Assembly: GCA_963575745.1 (NCBI GenBank)
Contig: CAUYUJ010000114.1
Coordinates: 1,364,001 to 1,428,000 of the forward strand
Source: Prorocentrum cordatum
Lineage: Eukaryota
DNA: 64,000 bases
Direction: 5' to 3'
Both the position numbers and the translations under genes were made by a program. Below, piece by piece: positions 50,642 through 61,951 of the stretch; position 1 is the stretch's first letter, and each line of letters begins with the position of its first letter. The notes below the pieces were generated by a model. It saw only the letters and a program-made list of their open reading frames with translations. It did no database searches and was not told the origin of the DNA.

Positions 50642-50659
50642 CACGAGCCAAAACTAGGA
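50642..50659 (-). other. Degenerate SL-like relic at the 5' end of the minus-strand LINE
   Basis: TCC-TAG---TTTTGGCTCGTG versus TCCGTAGCCATTTTGGCTCAAG, exactly at the microsatellite/element junction. Confidence 0.55.
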
Positions 50660-50753
50660 TGATGATGATGAGGAGGAGGAGGAAGAAGAAGAGGAGGATG
50701 GTGGTGGCGCTGATGATGATTAGGAGGAGGAGGAGGAGGAGGAGGAGGATCAC

Positions 50754-50794
<41 letters not shown>

Positions 50795-50795
50795 G

Positions 50796-50852
<57 letters not shown>

Positions 50853-50894
50853 CATCCTCATCATCATCATCATCATCACCATCACCATCATCAC

Positions 50895-50932
<38 letters not shown>

Positions 50933-51041
50933 GCATCATCAGCATCAGCATCAGCATCAGCATCAGCATCAGCAACATCATCATCATCATCATCATCAGC
51001 AGCAGCATCATCATCAGCATCATCATCATCATCATCAGGAG

Positions 51042-51076
<35 letters not shown>

Positions 51077-51231
51077 ACAGCATCATCATCATGGGAGGAG
51101 GGAGGAGGAGGGGGAACGGAAGGAGGAATGAGAACGCGGGGCGATGCGCACTCAAAACGAGGACCCAACACCACAGGATGGTTGGGCACAGGCGACGGAA
51201 GATGCAAAGGCAAAGGATATGTGTGTATGAG

Positions 51232-51263
<32 letters not shown>

Positions 51264-52200
51264 AGCACACAGATCTATGTATACATAAACGTGAAGGAGG
51301 AGATGCTCGAGGTCATCTCGGTCGCGCAGGCCCTCCTCCAGAGGTCCGAGAGCCACGATCCCCACGGGGGGGCGGGAGCCGCCCGCGAGGCTCCCCGCGG
51401 CCCCCCGTGGCCTCGGGGAGGGGGCCCTGGCCCGCGTGGGGGCCCCGGGGCGCCGCCCGCGGTCGGGGCGCCGGGGGGGCGCCGTGGCCCCGCGCGGGGC
51501 TCGGCGGGGGCCTCGGGGGCCCGCCGCGCTGCCTCGGCCCCCCGGGGGGGGGGGCGCGGGCGACTCCCCCTCCCTCGCCATCGCTCGGACGTCCATTCCT
51601 CTTGTATTTTTCGGTTTCGCGCGTGTTCCTCGATGGCCGCCGCCGAGAAAAAAATGCACACGTCCGAGCGATGCCAGGCCTCCTGCAGCAGGGCCGGGGC
51701 GGCAGGGGCAGGGCTCTCGCCCCCGTCGTCAGAGCCCGCTGGGCCCCCTGAAGATTCTGGAAGACAGGAGAGCGCGCCACCCCGTGCGTTGCTCGGCTTC
51801 GCAAGTGGTACCTTTTCGCCAGATGATCCAAGATGTTTCTCGAGGGTCCTCGCCGAGAAAGCTGCACACGTCCGAGCGATGACAGAAGAATGGTTCACAT
51901 GCGCTGCCGAGGCAGCACTGCTTAATAACAGACCACTTCCAGCAGCGAAAGAAACGCCAGAGGCACGAGAGAAAAGCGGCCTCCTCCCGCCCTTCTTCCC
52001 TCCATCCCCGGGCCCAGGCTGATCCTGACCCTCGACGATGGGACCCGATCCGCCTGGCCGATCGACGGGTCGAAAAAGTCGGCGACCGCTCATCCTCCTC
52101 CTCCTCCTCCTCCTCCTCCTCCTCCTCCTCCTCCTCCTCATCATCATCATCAGCATCAGCATCAGCATCAGCATCAGCATCAGCATCATCATCATCATCG

Positions 52201-52260
<60 letters not shown>

Positions 52261-54116
52261 CATCATCATCATCATCATCGTCATCCTCCTCCTCCTCCTG
52301 ATCCTCTCCTCCTCCTCCTCCTCCTCCTCCTCCTCATCATCATCATCATCACCACCGCCACCACCATCATCAGCAGCATCAGCATCATTGGCATCATCAT
52401 CATCATCATCAGCAGCAGCATCATCATAATCAACCCCATCATCAGCATCATCATAATCAACAGAATCAGCATCACCATCAGCAGCAGCATCATAATAAGT
52501 GTCATCATCATCGTCATCAGCAGCAGCACCATCATCCTCATCATCATCATCATCCTCATCATCCTGCTGCCAGGATGAACACGAAAGCTGCTTCACCCAA
52601 ACAGATCCGTGTCGTCCGACTGCTGGCGCACGCCTGACGGGCACGGCTCGTGCCCGTCCACTTCGTGCTGCTCCCTTCCCCCGGCTGCCCCGTGCTGGGC
52701 CCTCGTGCCGTCTCCCCCCCCACTCCTCCCGACCCCCCCCCTCCTCGTCCTCCTCCCTCCTCGCGCCCCCGCGTGCTGCAATCCGCGCAGCCGTCGCCTC
52801 GCACCGCCGTGCCCATGGGGGCTCTGGCGCAACGGCGCACGGCACCGTCACACGTGGGACCCCTCCCTCCCGTGCGCAGCCAGGCGCGCCGCCGTCGCCA
52901 CCTTGCTGCGCCCCCGAGGCCCAGCCTGACCGCTCCCTTCCTGGGTGCCGCCAGGCCCTCAGAAGCAGTCGCCACCCTGCTGCGCCCCTGGGGGCGGAAT
53001 GGTGACCCACGCCGTGCAGGTGTCGCCGCTCTCCTGCGTCCCAGGGAAGGGGGGGGGGAGGGGGGGGGGCGACATGGCGCCTTACACGGATCCAGGCTAG
53101 ATCTCGCGCCCTCCCTGGCTGCCGCCTCGAGCGCGCAGCTGTCGCCGCGCCGCCGCCTCTCCAGGAGGGGGAGGGGAAATCAAGCCTGCCGACGCCCACC
53201 TTGCCCTCAATGGGCGCCGACCAGCGAGCAGCTGCTGCCACTCTGCTGCGCCCGCGCGCGAGGGGGGGAGGGGGGCAGCCCAGTGTGGTGCTGAGCAGGT
53301 GCAGACGGGGCCTCGCCCTCCCTGGTGCTGCGGTCCTGCGCAGACTCCATCCCCTCTTATCCTCGTTCCTCCTCGCCTCATAGCCGCCGCACCCGTTTCC
53401 TCCCCGCTCCGCCTCATTTCCCATGGAATTCCTTCAGATGGGCCCCTCGGGGCTTGCAAAGTCATGGCTTCCTATCGAGGTCTCAAAAAGGATTGCGTGC
53501 ACTTTCATGCAGCTGCTCGTTCCAGCTGCTCCGCGCTCATGCGGTCACTCGGTAACTAATACATGTGTTGGTGCGACGGCAGAGGAGGGAGGGGCGACCC
53601 GTATCCCAGACTTCGTCGGATTTCGGCTAGACCAAAAGATGGGGTCTCGAGTGAGGATAAATCGAGAATCTCTGAGGTCTGGCGGCTCTTGAGGATGCCT
53701 TGGGCGCCGCGGCCTCCTCAGAGAGTTCCGGAACGCTGTGAGAGCGTTCCAGAATGCTCTGGAACGGATTTATCCTCGTCCTAGCCCCGTCCCAACATCG
53801 CATGCGATGCTTGCCTCATGGGGCCTTTGGAGGCCCTCTGGGACCTCCGAAGGTATCTGGGGACCTCCAGAGGCATCAAGGGACCTCCGCGGAAACCTTC
53901 TGGATGTCCTCCCGGACGGGCGGGAACAGGAGGATTTGGGGAGAGGTAAAGAGGGAAAGGCGGGGGGAGAGGCAGGGTAGGTAGGATGGGGGAAGGAGGA
54001 AAGGGGAGAAAGGAGGGGGGATGGAGGCAGAAGGATGGGAAAGGCGGGAAAGAGGCTGAACTCGGCAGCGGGAAGGAGGGTGAGGGGGACGGGGGAAGGG
54101 CTCCTAGGGCGCCGAC

Positions 54117-54290
54117 ACCGTTCACTTCCACGCGAGTGGTGAGGGGAAACTTGGGCTCGAACCCTCCACCCGGCCGCACGTGCTTCAACAGGGCAAGCGT
54201 CTCGAAGTCCTTCTCGTTGGACTGGTGCCCAAACTGATTGCAGGGAACGCCAACGACGCTCAGCTTATCCCCGAAGCGGTCAACCAGATC
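54117..54290 (-). CDS. GPX: Glutathione peroxidase, middle exon
   Basis: [58 protein letters not shown] carries the PCNQFGHQ signature; GT donor at 54116-54115 joins in frame to the last exon (EVNG/AGADPLF). The 5' boundary is 54290 or 54299. Confidence 0.95.
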
Positions 54291-54989
54291 CGCATACCCC
54301 TTCGGGTTCGTCCGCAAGGCGTGCGAACATCCCGCCTCCGGACCGGAAGTCCTCGCCCACGGGGCTCAGAATCGTATGGTCGGGAATTTGGGGATGGAAT
54401 GTTGCTGCGGCGGGCCCGGCGACACGCTGTCCCGTGCGAGCGGACAGCGTGACACACCGCTCCGCGGGGCTGAGCCCTGGGAAAGGCCCGGGAAGTCGTC
54501 GCCTGGGGACCGGAAAGTGGATAGCGTGTCGCTCCAAAGCGCGACGGGCCAGAACCGGCGGAACGACTCGCTGTCCACAAGCTCCCTGCCGTATCAGCCC
54601 TCCGACGGCATGTGGCTGGCGGTGGCAAGCTTTCCGAAACAACCCCCGCGCCCTCTTGTGGGAAAGGGGGCTACCTCCCGCGGCCCTGGCGACACGAAGG
54701 CAGCAGGGAGAGGGTCATATCTCGTGGTCGCCTCTGCAGCTGTGCTTTGACAGGGGCACCGCTGATGTTCACTCCACCGCACCTCCCCCCCTCCTCCTCC
54801 ACTTCTTCCTCCTCCTCCTCCTCCTCCTGCTGCTGCTCCCCCTCTTTTCCTTCTCCTCCTCCTCCTCCTCCTCCCTCCTCCTCCTCCTCCTCCTCCCTCC
54901 TCCTCCCCTCCTCCTCCTCCTCCTCCTCCTCCTCCTCCTCCTCCTCCTCCTCCTCCTCCTCCTCCTCCTCCTCCTCCTCCTCCTCCTCC

Positions 54990-55010
54990 CCGTAGCCATT
55001 TTGGCTCAAG
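54990..55010 (+). other. Perfect dinoflagellate spliced leader
   Basis: CCGTAGCCATTTTGGCTCAAG, 21/21 match. Confidence 0.98.
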
Positions 55011-55143
55011 GCTAAACGTTGTGAAGGGCTATGGACGCCTGAGAATCAGCGATTAGCTTTGGGGCTTCCGTAGCCTGCTTTCTTCGAGAGGAGCGAAGGC
55101 TCCCTTTTGGCATCATTCCTCCATATCTGAGGCGCCCGTGGCC

Positions 55144-56436
55144 ATGGCGCCTGAGCCCCCATGGCGTCGCGGTGGCGCTGGTCCTCAGGCTGGCAGCTAT
55201 CGCGGCCAAGCTGGGAGCTGGGTGTTTCAGCCTGAAGGTTCACGGGACGGCATGCGTGCCCCGCGGCGCCGCCTGCGCCAGCGCAGGTACCACGTGTGTT
55301 CTTCCTGCAGTCACTGGGAGTGGGCGAGCCGTGGGCACGAGGCTTGCTCCAAGTGCGGGGGCTACTACCTCGAGTCCAATGTCGGTGGAGGGGGAGGCCA
55401 TGAAGGCGCCCCTGTGCGGGCTGCTGGTGCTGGGCAGCCCGATGCGCTGCTGCGCGCCGCAGCCGCCACTCTCCTGGCAGCGCGGCCTGACCTCCGCGAG
55501 TCCTTGGGCGACTTGGCGGAGGAGCCAGCGCCCCCTGCGGCTGTCCTCACGCCCGCCCAGCTCGACACCGCGGCGAACACCGAGCGGACCCGTTTGGCAC
55601 GCGTGGTCGAGGATGCAGCTCGGCAAGTACGACTCGCGTGCCAGGAAGTGGAACAGAAGAGAAGCAAGGCTCAACGTGTACGAGAGCAACTCGATGAGGC
55701 GACGAACGCCTTGCATGCTGCGGAGGAGGAGCATGACGCTGCTCAGAAGGCTCGCCGCGATGCAGACGCCGAGCTGCAGGCATTCGACCCCGAAGCCTGG
55801 AAGGCGGCGAAGGCTGCCGAGGCGCGCGCTGAGGCGGCGCGCCAGGCCCAGCGGGCTGCGCCCCCCGCTGGCGCCCCTGCTGCGCCGCGGGCGGGCCCGC
55901 CCTGGCGGGGCGGGGCGCGCTGTGGCGCGGCGCGCGGCGGCGAGGCTGCTGGAGGTGCTGGTGGTGGCGGCCCTGCTCATGCTGGTGCGCCTGCTAGCGG
56001 TGAAGGAGGTGCGGGCGCTCCAGTGCAGGAGCCCACGCAGGTGGACCTCCCCGCTTTCTCGCAGATGTCGGCAGCCGAGCAGAACGAGCGGGCCAGCCAG
56101 CAGCGGTTGCCCAAGGGCCTTTGGGAGGCGTTCGTGGCCATGCGGACCACCATTCTTCGTGCTGGTGACGATGCTGCTAGCGACGCAGGCAGCGACGCCA
56201 GCTTCGGCGACGCAGTCGGAGCTGGAGATGAAGAGTTGCGCGGATTGCGCAAGCGTGGTCAGGAGCAGGTCCTTACCCCCGAGGAGCAGGAGCGCATGGA
56301 GAGCCTCATCCGTGATCGCGTTCGAGCTCGCACCTCCAAGCGCCTGCGGACCACGAAGGAGCAGATCCATCGCCAGTTCACCGAGCTGCTCAAGCAGGCC
56401 GTCGCGATGCCTGTGGAAGGGGCGGCGTCTCTTTAG
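55144..56436 (+). CDS. LINE ORF1 protein (430 aa): N-terminal CxxC..CxxC zinc finger and coiled coil
   Basis: Open from ATG 55144 to TAG 56436; CSSCSHWEWASRGHEACSKCGG followed by an E/A/R/Q-rich helical region. Confidence 0.8.
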   Translation: MAPEPPWRRGGAGPQAGSYRGQAGSWVFQPEGSRDGMRAPRRRLRQRRYHVCSSCSHWEWASRGHEACSKCGGYYLESNVGGGGGHEGAPVRAAGAGQPDALLRAAAATLLAARPDLRESLGDLAEEPAPPAAVLTPAQLDTAANTERTRLARVVEDAARQVRLACQEVEQKRSKAQRVREQLDEATNALHAAEEEHDAAQKARRDADAELQAFDPEAWKAAKAAEARAEAARQAQRAAPPAGAPAAPRAGPPWRGGARCGAARGGEAAGGAGGGGPAHAGAPASGEGGAGAPVQEPTQVDLPAFSQMSAAEQNERASQQRLPKGLWEAFVAMRTTILRAGDDAASDAGSDASFGDAVGAGDEELRGLRKRGQEQVLTPEEQERMESLIRDRVRARTSKRLRTTKEQIHRQFTELLKQAVAMPVEGAASL

Positions 56437-56473
56437 CACTGAGTTGGCTCACCGATCCCGTCCGCCCCGAGCC

Positions 56474-59400
56474 ATGGTTTCACTTGCCGCAGGCGGGGGC
56501 CTGAATTTGGTGCTTTGTAACGTCACGAGCTGGTCCAGGATTGCGAAGGACCTGGCGTCTGCCATTTGCCCGGAGGTTGATGCTTTTCTCTTTTGTGAGC
56601 ACCGATTGCAGCAGCAAGCGCTGCCTGCCGCGAAGCGAGAGATTGCAGCCATGAGCTGGAGGCCCCATCTGCAGGCAGGTGTGCCTACTAAGGGAGGGGG
56701 GACTCACGGCGGGGTCGGGATGGTCGTCAGTAAGAGCCTGTATGTAAAACGTTTTCTTGCCCATGCGGGCGGAGTTTCTGACATTGGGTCGGGCCCAGGT
56801 TGGATGTTTCTCGAACTCAAGACCCAGAAAGCGACCGTTGCGGTCGGAGTTGGTTATTTTGTCTCGTGCCTGGGTGTCGCGGGGGGGAACCTGTCCAAAA
56901 TGCGGGGTATCGCCGAGTTCGTTCGTGCTCTCGGGATTCCCTGGATGTTGATCGGGGACTTCAATATCGAGGTTGAAACGATGTGGCTCTCTGGATATCC
57001 GCAGTCTGTTCACGCTCGGGTATTAGCACCGGTGGGAGTCGATTTCACGTGTTCACAAGGATCAGGGACGATGATCGGTTATGCGTTGGTCTCGGAGGAT
57101 TTGGCCCCGTTCGCCCAGGTTGGAGTGCACGAGCCGTCCCCCTTTTAAAACACATCGTGCGCTCCGCATCCAGCTAGCTCACCGAGTGTTGGTTCAGCGC
57201 CTCGATCGGCGAGTACGCCCTCGAGTTATTCCAGTGTGTCACGGGCCCGACTTACCGCGGCGGCGCCACCTTCATCAAGAGATTTGCTCCGACCGTGTGC
57301 CGCTGAGTATGTGCTCTGTGCAGATGGCCCATATCATCCCGCATGCTGTCGAGCATCTCGATGATCAGATATCTGTACAGTATTCCCTCTGGTCGCGTGC
57401 TACCGAACGTTTGTTTCTTTCGCGCGCCTGCGCCGCCATCAATGAGGATGAGGAACATGCGTACATGGGGAGAGGGGATGCTATGAAATTGGCTACATCG
57501 ACGAACACGCATAAAGGTTGCATGGGCACATCTTTTCGTTGTCCGACGTTGGCGTTTTGGTCTCGGTCATCCGCCAAGCTGTTTGAGCTCCGCACGTTGT
57601 TGCGACGGCGACCCACCGAGAGCCACGTCTGCGGGCTGATCCTGGACATGGTCAGCCGCGTCGGCGAGTTCTCCGAGGCGCTGCCACCAGCTCAGCCTTC
57701 CCCCTGGTGGACCGATCAGGTCACCGCTGCGGCGCTAGGGGATCTCGATATGGTGGATCGCCTCGTCGGCCTTACTTCCGAGGTTTTGAAGCGTGCTTGG
57801 ACGGCAGCTAAGGCGGAGTCTTCGAAAGGCCTTAGGGCCTGGCTGCTGCGCGCCATCCCACACGGTGCCAAGGGGGTGCATTCCTGGTTGAAGCGTGACA
57901 ATCGAAGCGCGGTTGCATATTTTACCCCCCCCCCCCCCCCCTGACGGCGCCAAGCAGTTACCTGAAGAAATGATGGAGTATCGGGCCCGTTTGTGGTGAG
58001 GATTTTGGTCTGTGTCGGAGGGTGAGATATTGAGGCTGGGTGGCGCCATGTCTGACCTCCGTGCTGCGGCTCTGGAGCATGTGAACGACCTTCCACCATC
58101 ACCGCCCCATGCATTCAAGCGTGTATTTTTTTCTCGGCGACAATGGCCGTCGGCGTTGGTGGGTGGGGACCTCGGGCGGTGGCTGAGCTCCCTGCAGAGG
58201 CCCTTCACGCCCTGGCCTCTCTGTACTCCCTTTGCGAACGGAGTATGGCTTGGCCGGCTCAAATCTTGCTCGGCCTGATTGCGTTGTTGCCCAAGTCTCA
58301 GACTGATGAGCGCCCCGTCTGCAAGTGCCCCACCTTGTACCGACTTTACGCCAACATTCGGGGGGGGGATATCGATGCGTGGACTGCCAACCACGCGGCG
58401 TTCTGGGACACGGCGGTCAAGGGATCGTCGGCTCTCCGAGCGGCGCTTGCTCGGGAGCTGCACCACGAGTGTGCCAGACATGAAGGGGCTATTTCTGTTG
58501 CGATTCATTTGGGTCTTACAAAGTTTTTTGACACGGTGGGCCCGAGATTGCCCATCCGATTGGCCCTGCGCATGAAATGCCCACCCCATCTGTTGCACCT
58601 TGGGATGCTCATCCATACGGCCCCCCGCATGTTGGAGGTTGAAGGTTACGTTTCCCGCGTGGCGTCCGCGGGGAGGGGGGGTGTTGCCTGGCTGTCCCCA
58701 GAGTATGCCGTGGGTCAAAATCTACGTTTATGAGGCCCTGGAGGCTGCGCATTATCAGGTGAATGGCGAAATGTCTCGAGTGATCTCACGGGCCTATGTT
58801 GATGATATTGCTCAGAATATGGCTGGTACGGAGCAGGGGCTCTTTACCCACGTCTTGCCTGCTGCGACGCTGTTCGCGCAAGAGGTTCACAAGCTGGGCT
58901 TGACGATCAGTTGCAAGCGCGCCCTCGTCTGCTCTTCCCCGGCGGTCGGCGCTCACCTTGCGGATAGTCTTCAGGCCTTGGGACTGCCAATTCGATATCG
59001 TGCTGAAGCGAGGGATTCGGGGTCCTGTACCACGGCGGGAAGACGGCGGAGGATTCCTGAAGTGAAGCGGCGGAGGCTTGAAGCGCGGCGCCGTTCGTGC
59101 AAGGTTTCTTCCCTTTCCCGCATTTATCAGAGGGCCTCCAAGCTGCACAAACCTGATGTGTTGGCGGTTGGGACCTGGGGCCATCAACTGGTCGGGATGT
59201 CCCCTCACCAGTTGCAAACTGTGAAGGGCCAAGCGGCCCAGTGTTCGGGTTGGTGGGCCGCTGGGTCTTGTTCCACCACGGTTTTGTCGTTGATCTGTAG
59301 CAGTGCGGAAGACCCTATCTTCCGATTAGGCATGAGCACCTGCTCAGCTTTGCGGATCTGTGGTGTGCTTTGCCACCTAAGGGCCGTATGCGAGTCCATG

Positions 59401-61180
59401 ATGTTTGGGTGGCGGCGGTGGACTTATTTTTGAGCATTCCTGCGAATTGTCGTTGGAGGCGGGTCAAAGGACCCGCGATGGCCACCGTCGCCACCCTCTT
59501 CGACCTTGAATGGATGCCCACCTCCCCTTGTGAATGCCAGGATGAGTACGGTACCCCCCTCTACGTTGGGACCCCCTCCTTTCGGTTCTACCTGTGGCGG
59601 GCTCTCCAGGCTACCTGTGCTGATGTGGTTCGGGGCAAAGCCGCGGAGCACTATTTGGGAGCGGGGGTGCAAGAGGGAGTTGGTTGTTCCGTCCCTCGGG
59701 CCATGTTGAAACAGTTTGGTCGGAACCTGGATTACGAATCCCAGGCGATCTTGCGGAACACCTTGGTGGGGGGGATTTGGGACCGAATCCCGTTTGTTCG
59801 AGGCTGGTTACGCAGCTAGCCCTTTGTGTCCCAGGTGCGGGCTGGAGCCCGAGACGCCGAGGCACCGATTCTGGCAGTGCGCGGCGAACTGTGCGCTAGA
59901 TAATCCTGATGTCTTGGCCACAGACAGCTTGTCCCCGATTGCTATCGCGGAAAGTGCCTCCCTCCCTGCCGCGGTCTGATGTCGCTCGATCAAGTTGTGA
60001 GGGGTCTCCCGATGCCCCAGACTGCTCAGTGGGTCTTGGAGCTCTCCAAGGCGCCCGCCCTGTGGTTGGTGGGGCGTGGGGGATCGATGGATCGGGGGGC
60101 TCTGAGACTAAGGACTGGAGGCTAAGGAGGTGCGGGCGGAGCGCTGTTATGCTACATCCGAACGAGTCCGACATTGCGGGTGGAGTCTCTGGGACTTTGC
60201 CTACTACTTGCCGGAGCTCTCCTCGGTCAGAGCTCTATGCGTTGCTCGTCCTGCTGACGATGACTGAAGGGAATATTCTGGTGTTCTCGGGCTACCTCCC
60301 TGTTGTTCGGGGTTTTCGGAAGTCTCCAGAGCATGTTAAGAGGAGTAAGAGTAGTATGCTCGATATCTGGGGTCGTATTTGGGAGCGTCTTGGGACGCGT
60401 TCGGGCAAGGTTGATCTCCGTTGGACAAAATCCCACCCGACCCAAGCACAAATTGAGGACATGCAAATTTCTCGCGTCGAGCTGCTGCTGAATAATGCAT
60501 CCGACCTCTGTGCCAATGAAGTGGCCCTGAGAGGCAAGTTAGGACCAGATGAGGTCGCCTCTGTTCGAGCTGCAGACGAGCTGCAGGAAAAGATCCTGCG
60601 CCGTCTAGTGGCGATTCAGCGAGAAGTTTTTCTGACATGCGAGCGGGAACGCGGCACTGACAGCCGTGTTGGCCTCGCTGCTACTCGGAAGCGTGCTGGC
60701 ATCACTAGTTTGGAGGCGCGGCGGGCGAGGTTGATCGCTGCTGGCCACGATGTTTCTCTTCGTCGCACGTTGTTCAAGTGTACGAGGTGCAGCCGCTCCT
60801 TCTCTCGAAGAGGAGCCTTGTTGCAGTTCTGGCCTCGCACGTGCATTACATTGTCCGAGTTCGGGCAGGTCGCGGGGGAGTGGATCACTCAGGGTGAGCA
60901 GGACCGCCGCGAGGAGGCACCCCCCATGGTCGTGGCGGACATCCAGGCGCGGCGCCCTCCCTCCGACCACCCTCTCTTTGGCTCTGTCCATGCCTCCCAC
61001 ACCCTCGCCACCTGTCAGGGTGCGTTGTACTGCTTAGTTTGTGGAGCGTTTGGAGTTGATCAAACGCGGAAGTTGTCTGGCCTGTGTGGAGCCCCCACTG
61101 CTAAAGGGCGGGAGACGCTCTCCCGTTTCTCCCGGGGGCTCCCTCCAAAGTCAGGTATGAGCTTCCCCGTGCGAGGGTGA
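56474..61180 (+). pseudogene. LINE ORF2 (APE endonuclease, RT, Zn finger, RNase H, C-terminal Cys/His fingers), disrupted
   Basis: APE: LCNVTSW, FCEHRL, HGGVGMV, IGDFN, KTHRAL. RT: LLPKS..ERP, LTKFFDTV, GVLPGCP, AYVDD. Zn finger: CPRCG..ETPRHRFWQC. RNase H: IDGS, RSELYAL, WTKSH, NNASD. Several frameshifts, many at homopolymers, plus in-frame stops. Confidence 0.92.
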
Positions 61181-61951
61181 ATGCCCCATGCGCCCAGGCT
61201 TGCTCTTGGTCACCGCATTCAGCGCAATCGCAATCGCAATCTCCTCCTCCTCCTCCTCCTCCTCCTCCTCCTCCTGCTCTTCCTCCTCCTCCTCCTCCTC
61301 CTTCTCCTCCTCCTCCTCCTCCTCCGCCTCCTCCTCCCCTCCTGCCTCCTTCTCCTCCTCCTCGTCTTCCTCCTCCTCCTCCTCCTCTTCCTCCTCCTCC
61401 TCCTCCTCCTCCTCCACCTCCTCTTCCTCCTCGTCTCCTCCTCCTCTCCTCGTGGCGCGCTACCGCGCGCCAGGGCGAGGGGTCCAGCGCCGATCCAACA
61501 AATCCGCGCGGACCTCCGAAAAGCTGTGATGTGATGTCGTGTAGATTGTTCTTCCTCCAGGGAGGTGGAGGGGAGGACAAAAGTTGGACGAGGATGGAGG
61601 AATGGATTTCGACGGTCTCCGCCCAGACCTCTCGCACGGAGCAGTCATACGTCACCCGCGTGCCAAGGCCCCGCGCAGGGGCCAAAAGGTCGGAAGGCCA
61701 AGCGCACGGCCCGAATGTATACCGTCGGTCGTAAGAAGTGGGTAAAAACATTAGGGAATCGTCCGAGATAGATCGGGTCCTCGCTCACCCCCTGAAGAGG
61801 AGGGGAGACTCGACTCTTGGAGCAGGAGGGCACCTGAAGCAGGTTGGGACCTTCGGCATACCAAAATACGGGCCTTCGACTGACGACGGGTAATTATGCT
61901 GAGGCCGCTGCCCTGGATCGCCCCACTTCGCGCCTGCCGCGCCCCGCGACG

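Larger units (their letters stand above)
45932..50659 (-). mobile_element. Decayed, internally deleted LINE: ORF1 coiled-coil fragment fused to RT and RNase H, with no endonuclease domain seen
   Basis: RT motifs LIAMLPEPVGGWRAIGLL, FWGGPGRS, LLIDLEKARETV, GSPAGCPRA, CYDD; RNase H motifs LYTDGS, ANAGELLAA, VKGRA, AADRFAK; multiple frameshifts; (GAT)n on both flanks. Confidence 0.88.
54990..61240 (+). mobile_element. Full-length (~6.25 kb) non-LTR retrotransposon with 5' SL, ORF1, APE-RT-RNase H ORF2 and (CGCAAT)3 tail, inserted in (CCT)n
   Basis: Domain motifs in LINE order; tail at 61223-61240; (CCT)n at ~54780-54989 and ~61241-61450. Confidence 0.95.

Noticed and set aside
54990..55060. SL RNA gene
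   Set aside because: The SL is followed by the LINE 5' UTR and ORF1, with no short SL-RNA intron and oligo-T terminator and no tandem array.
55067..55075. TCCGTAGCC as a second SL relic in the LINE 5' UTR
   Set aside because: Only 9 nt match, the TTTTGGCTCAAG half is absent, and it is not adjacent to the SL.
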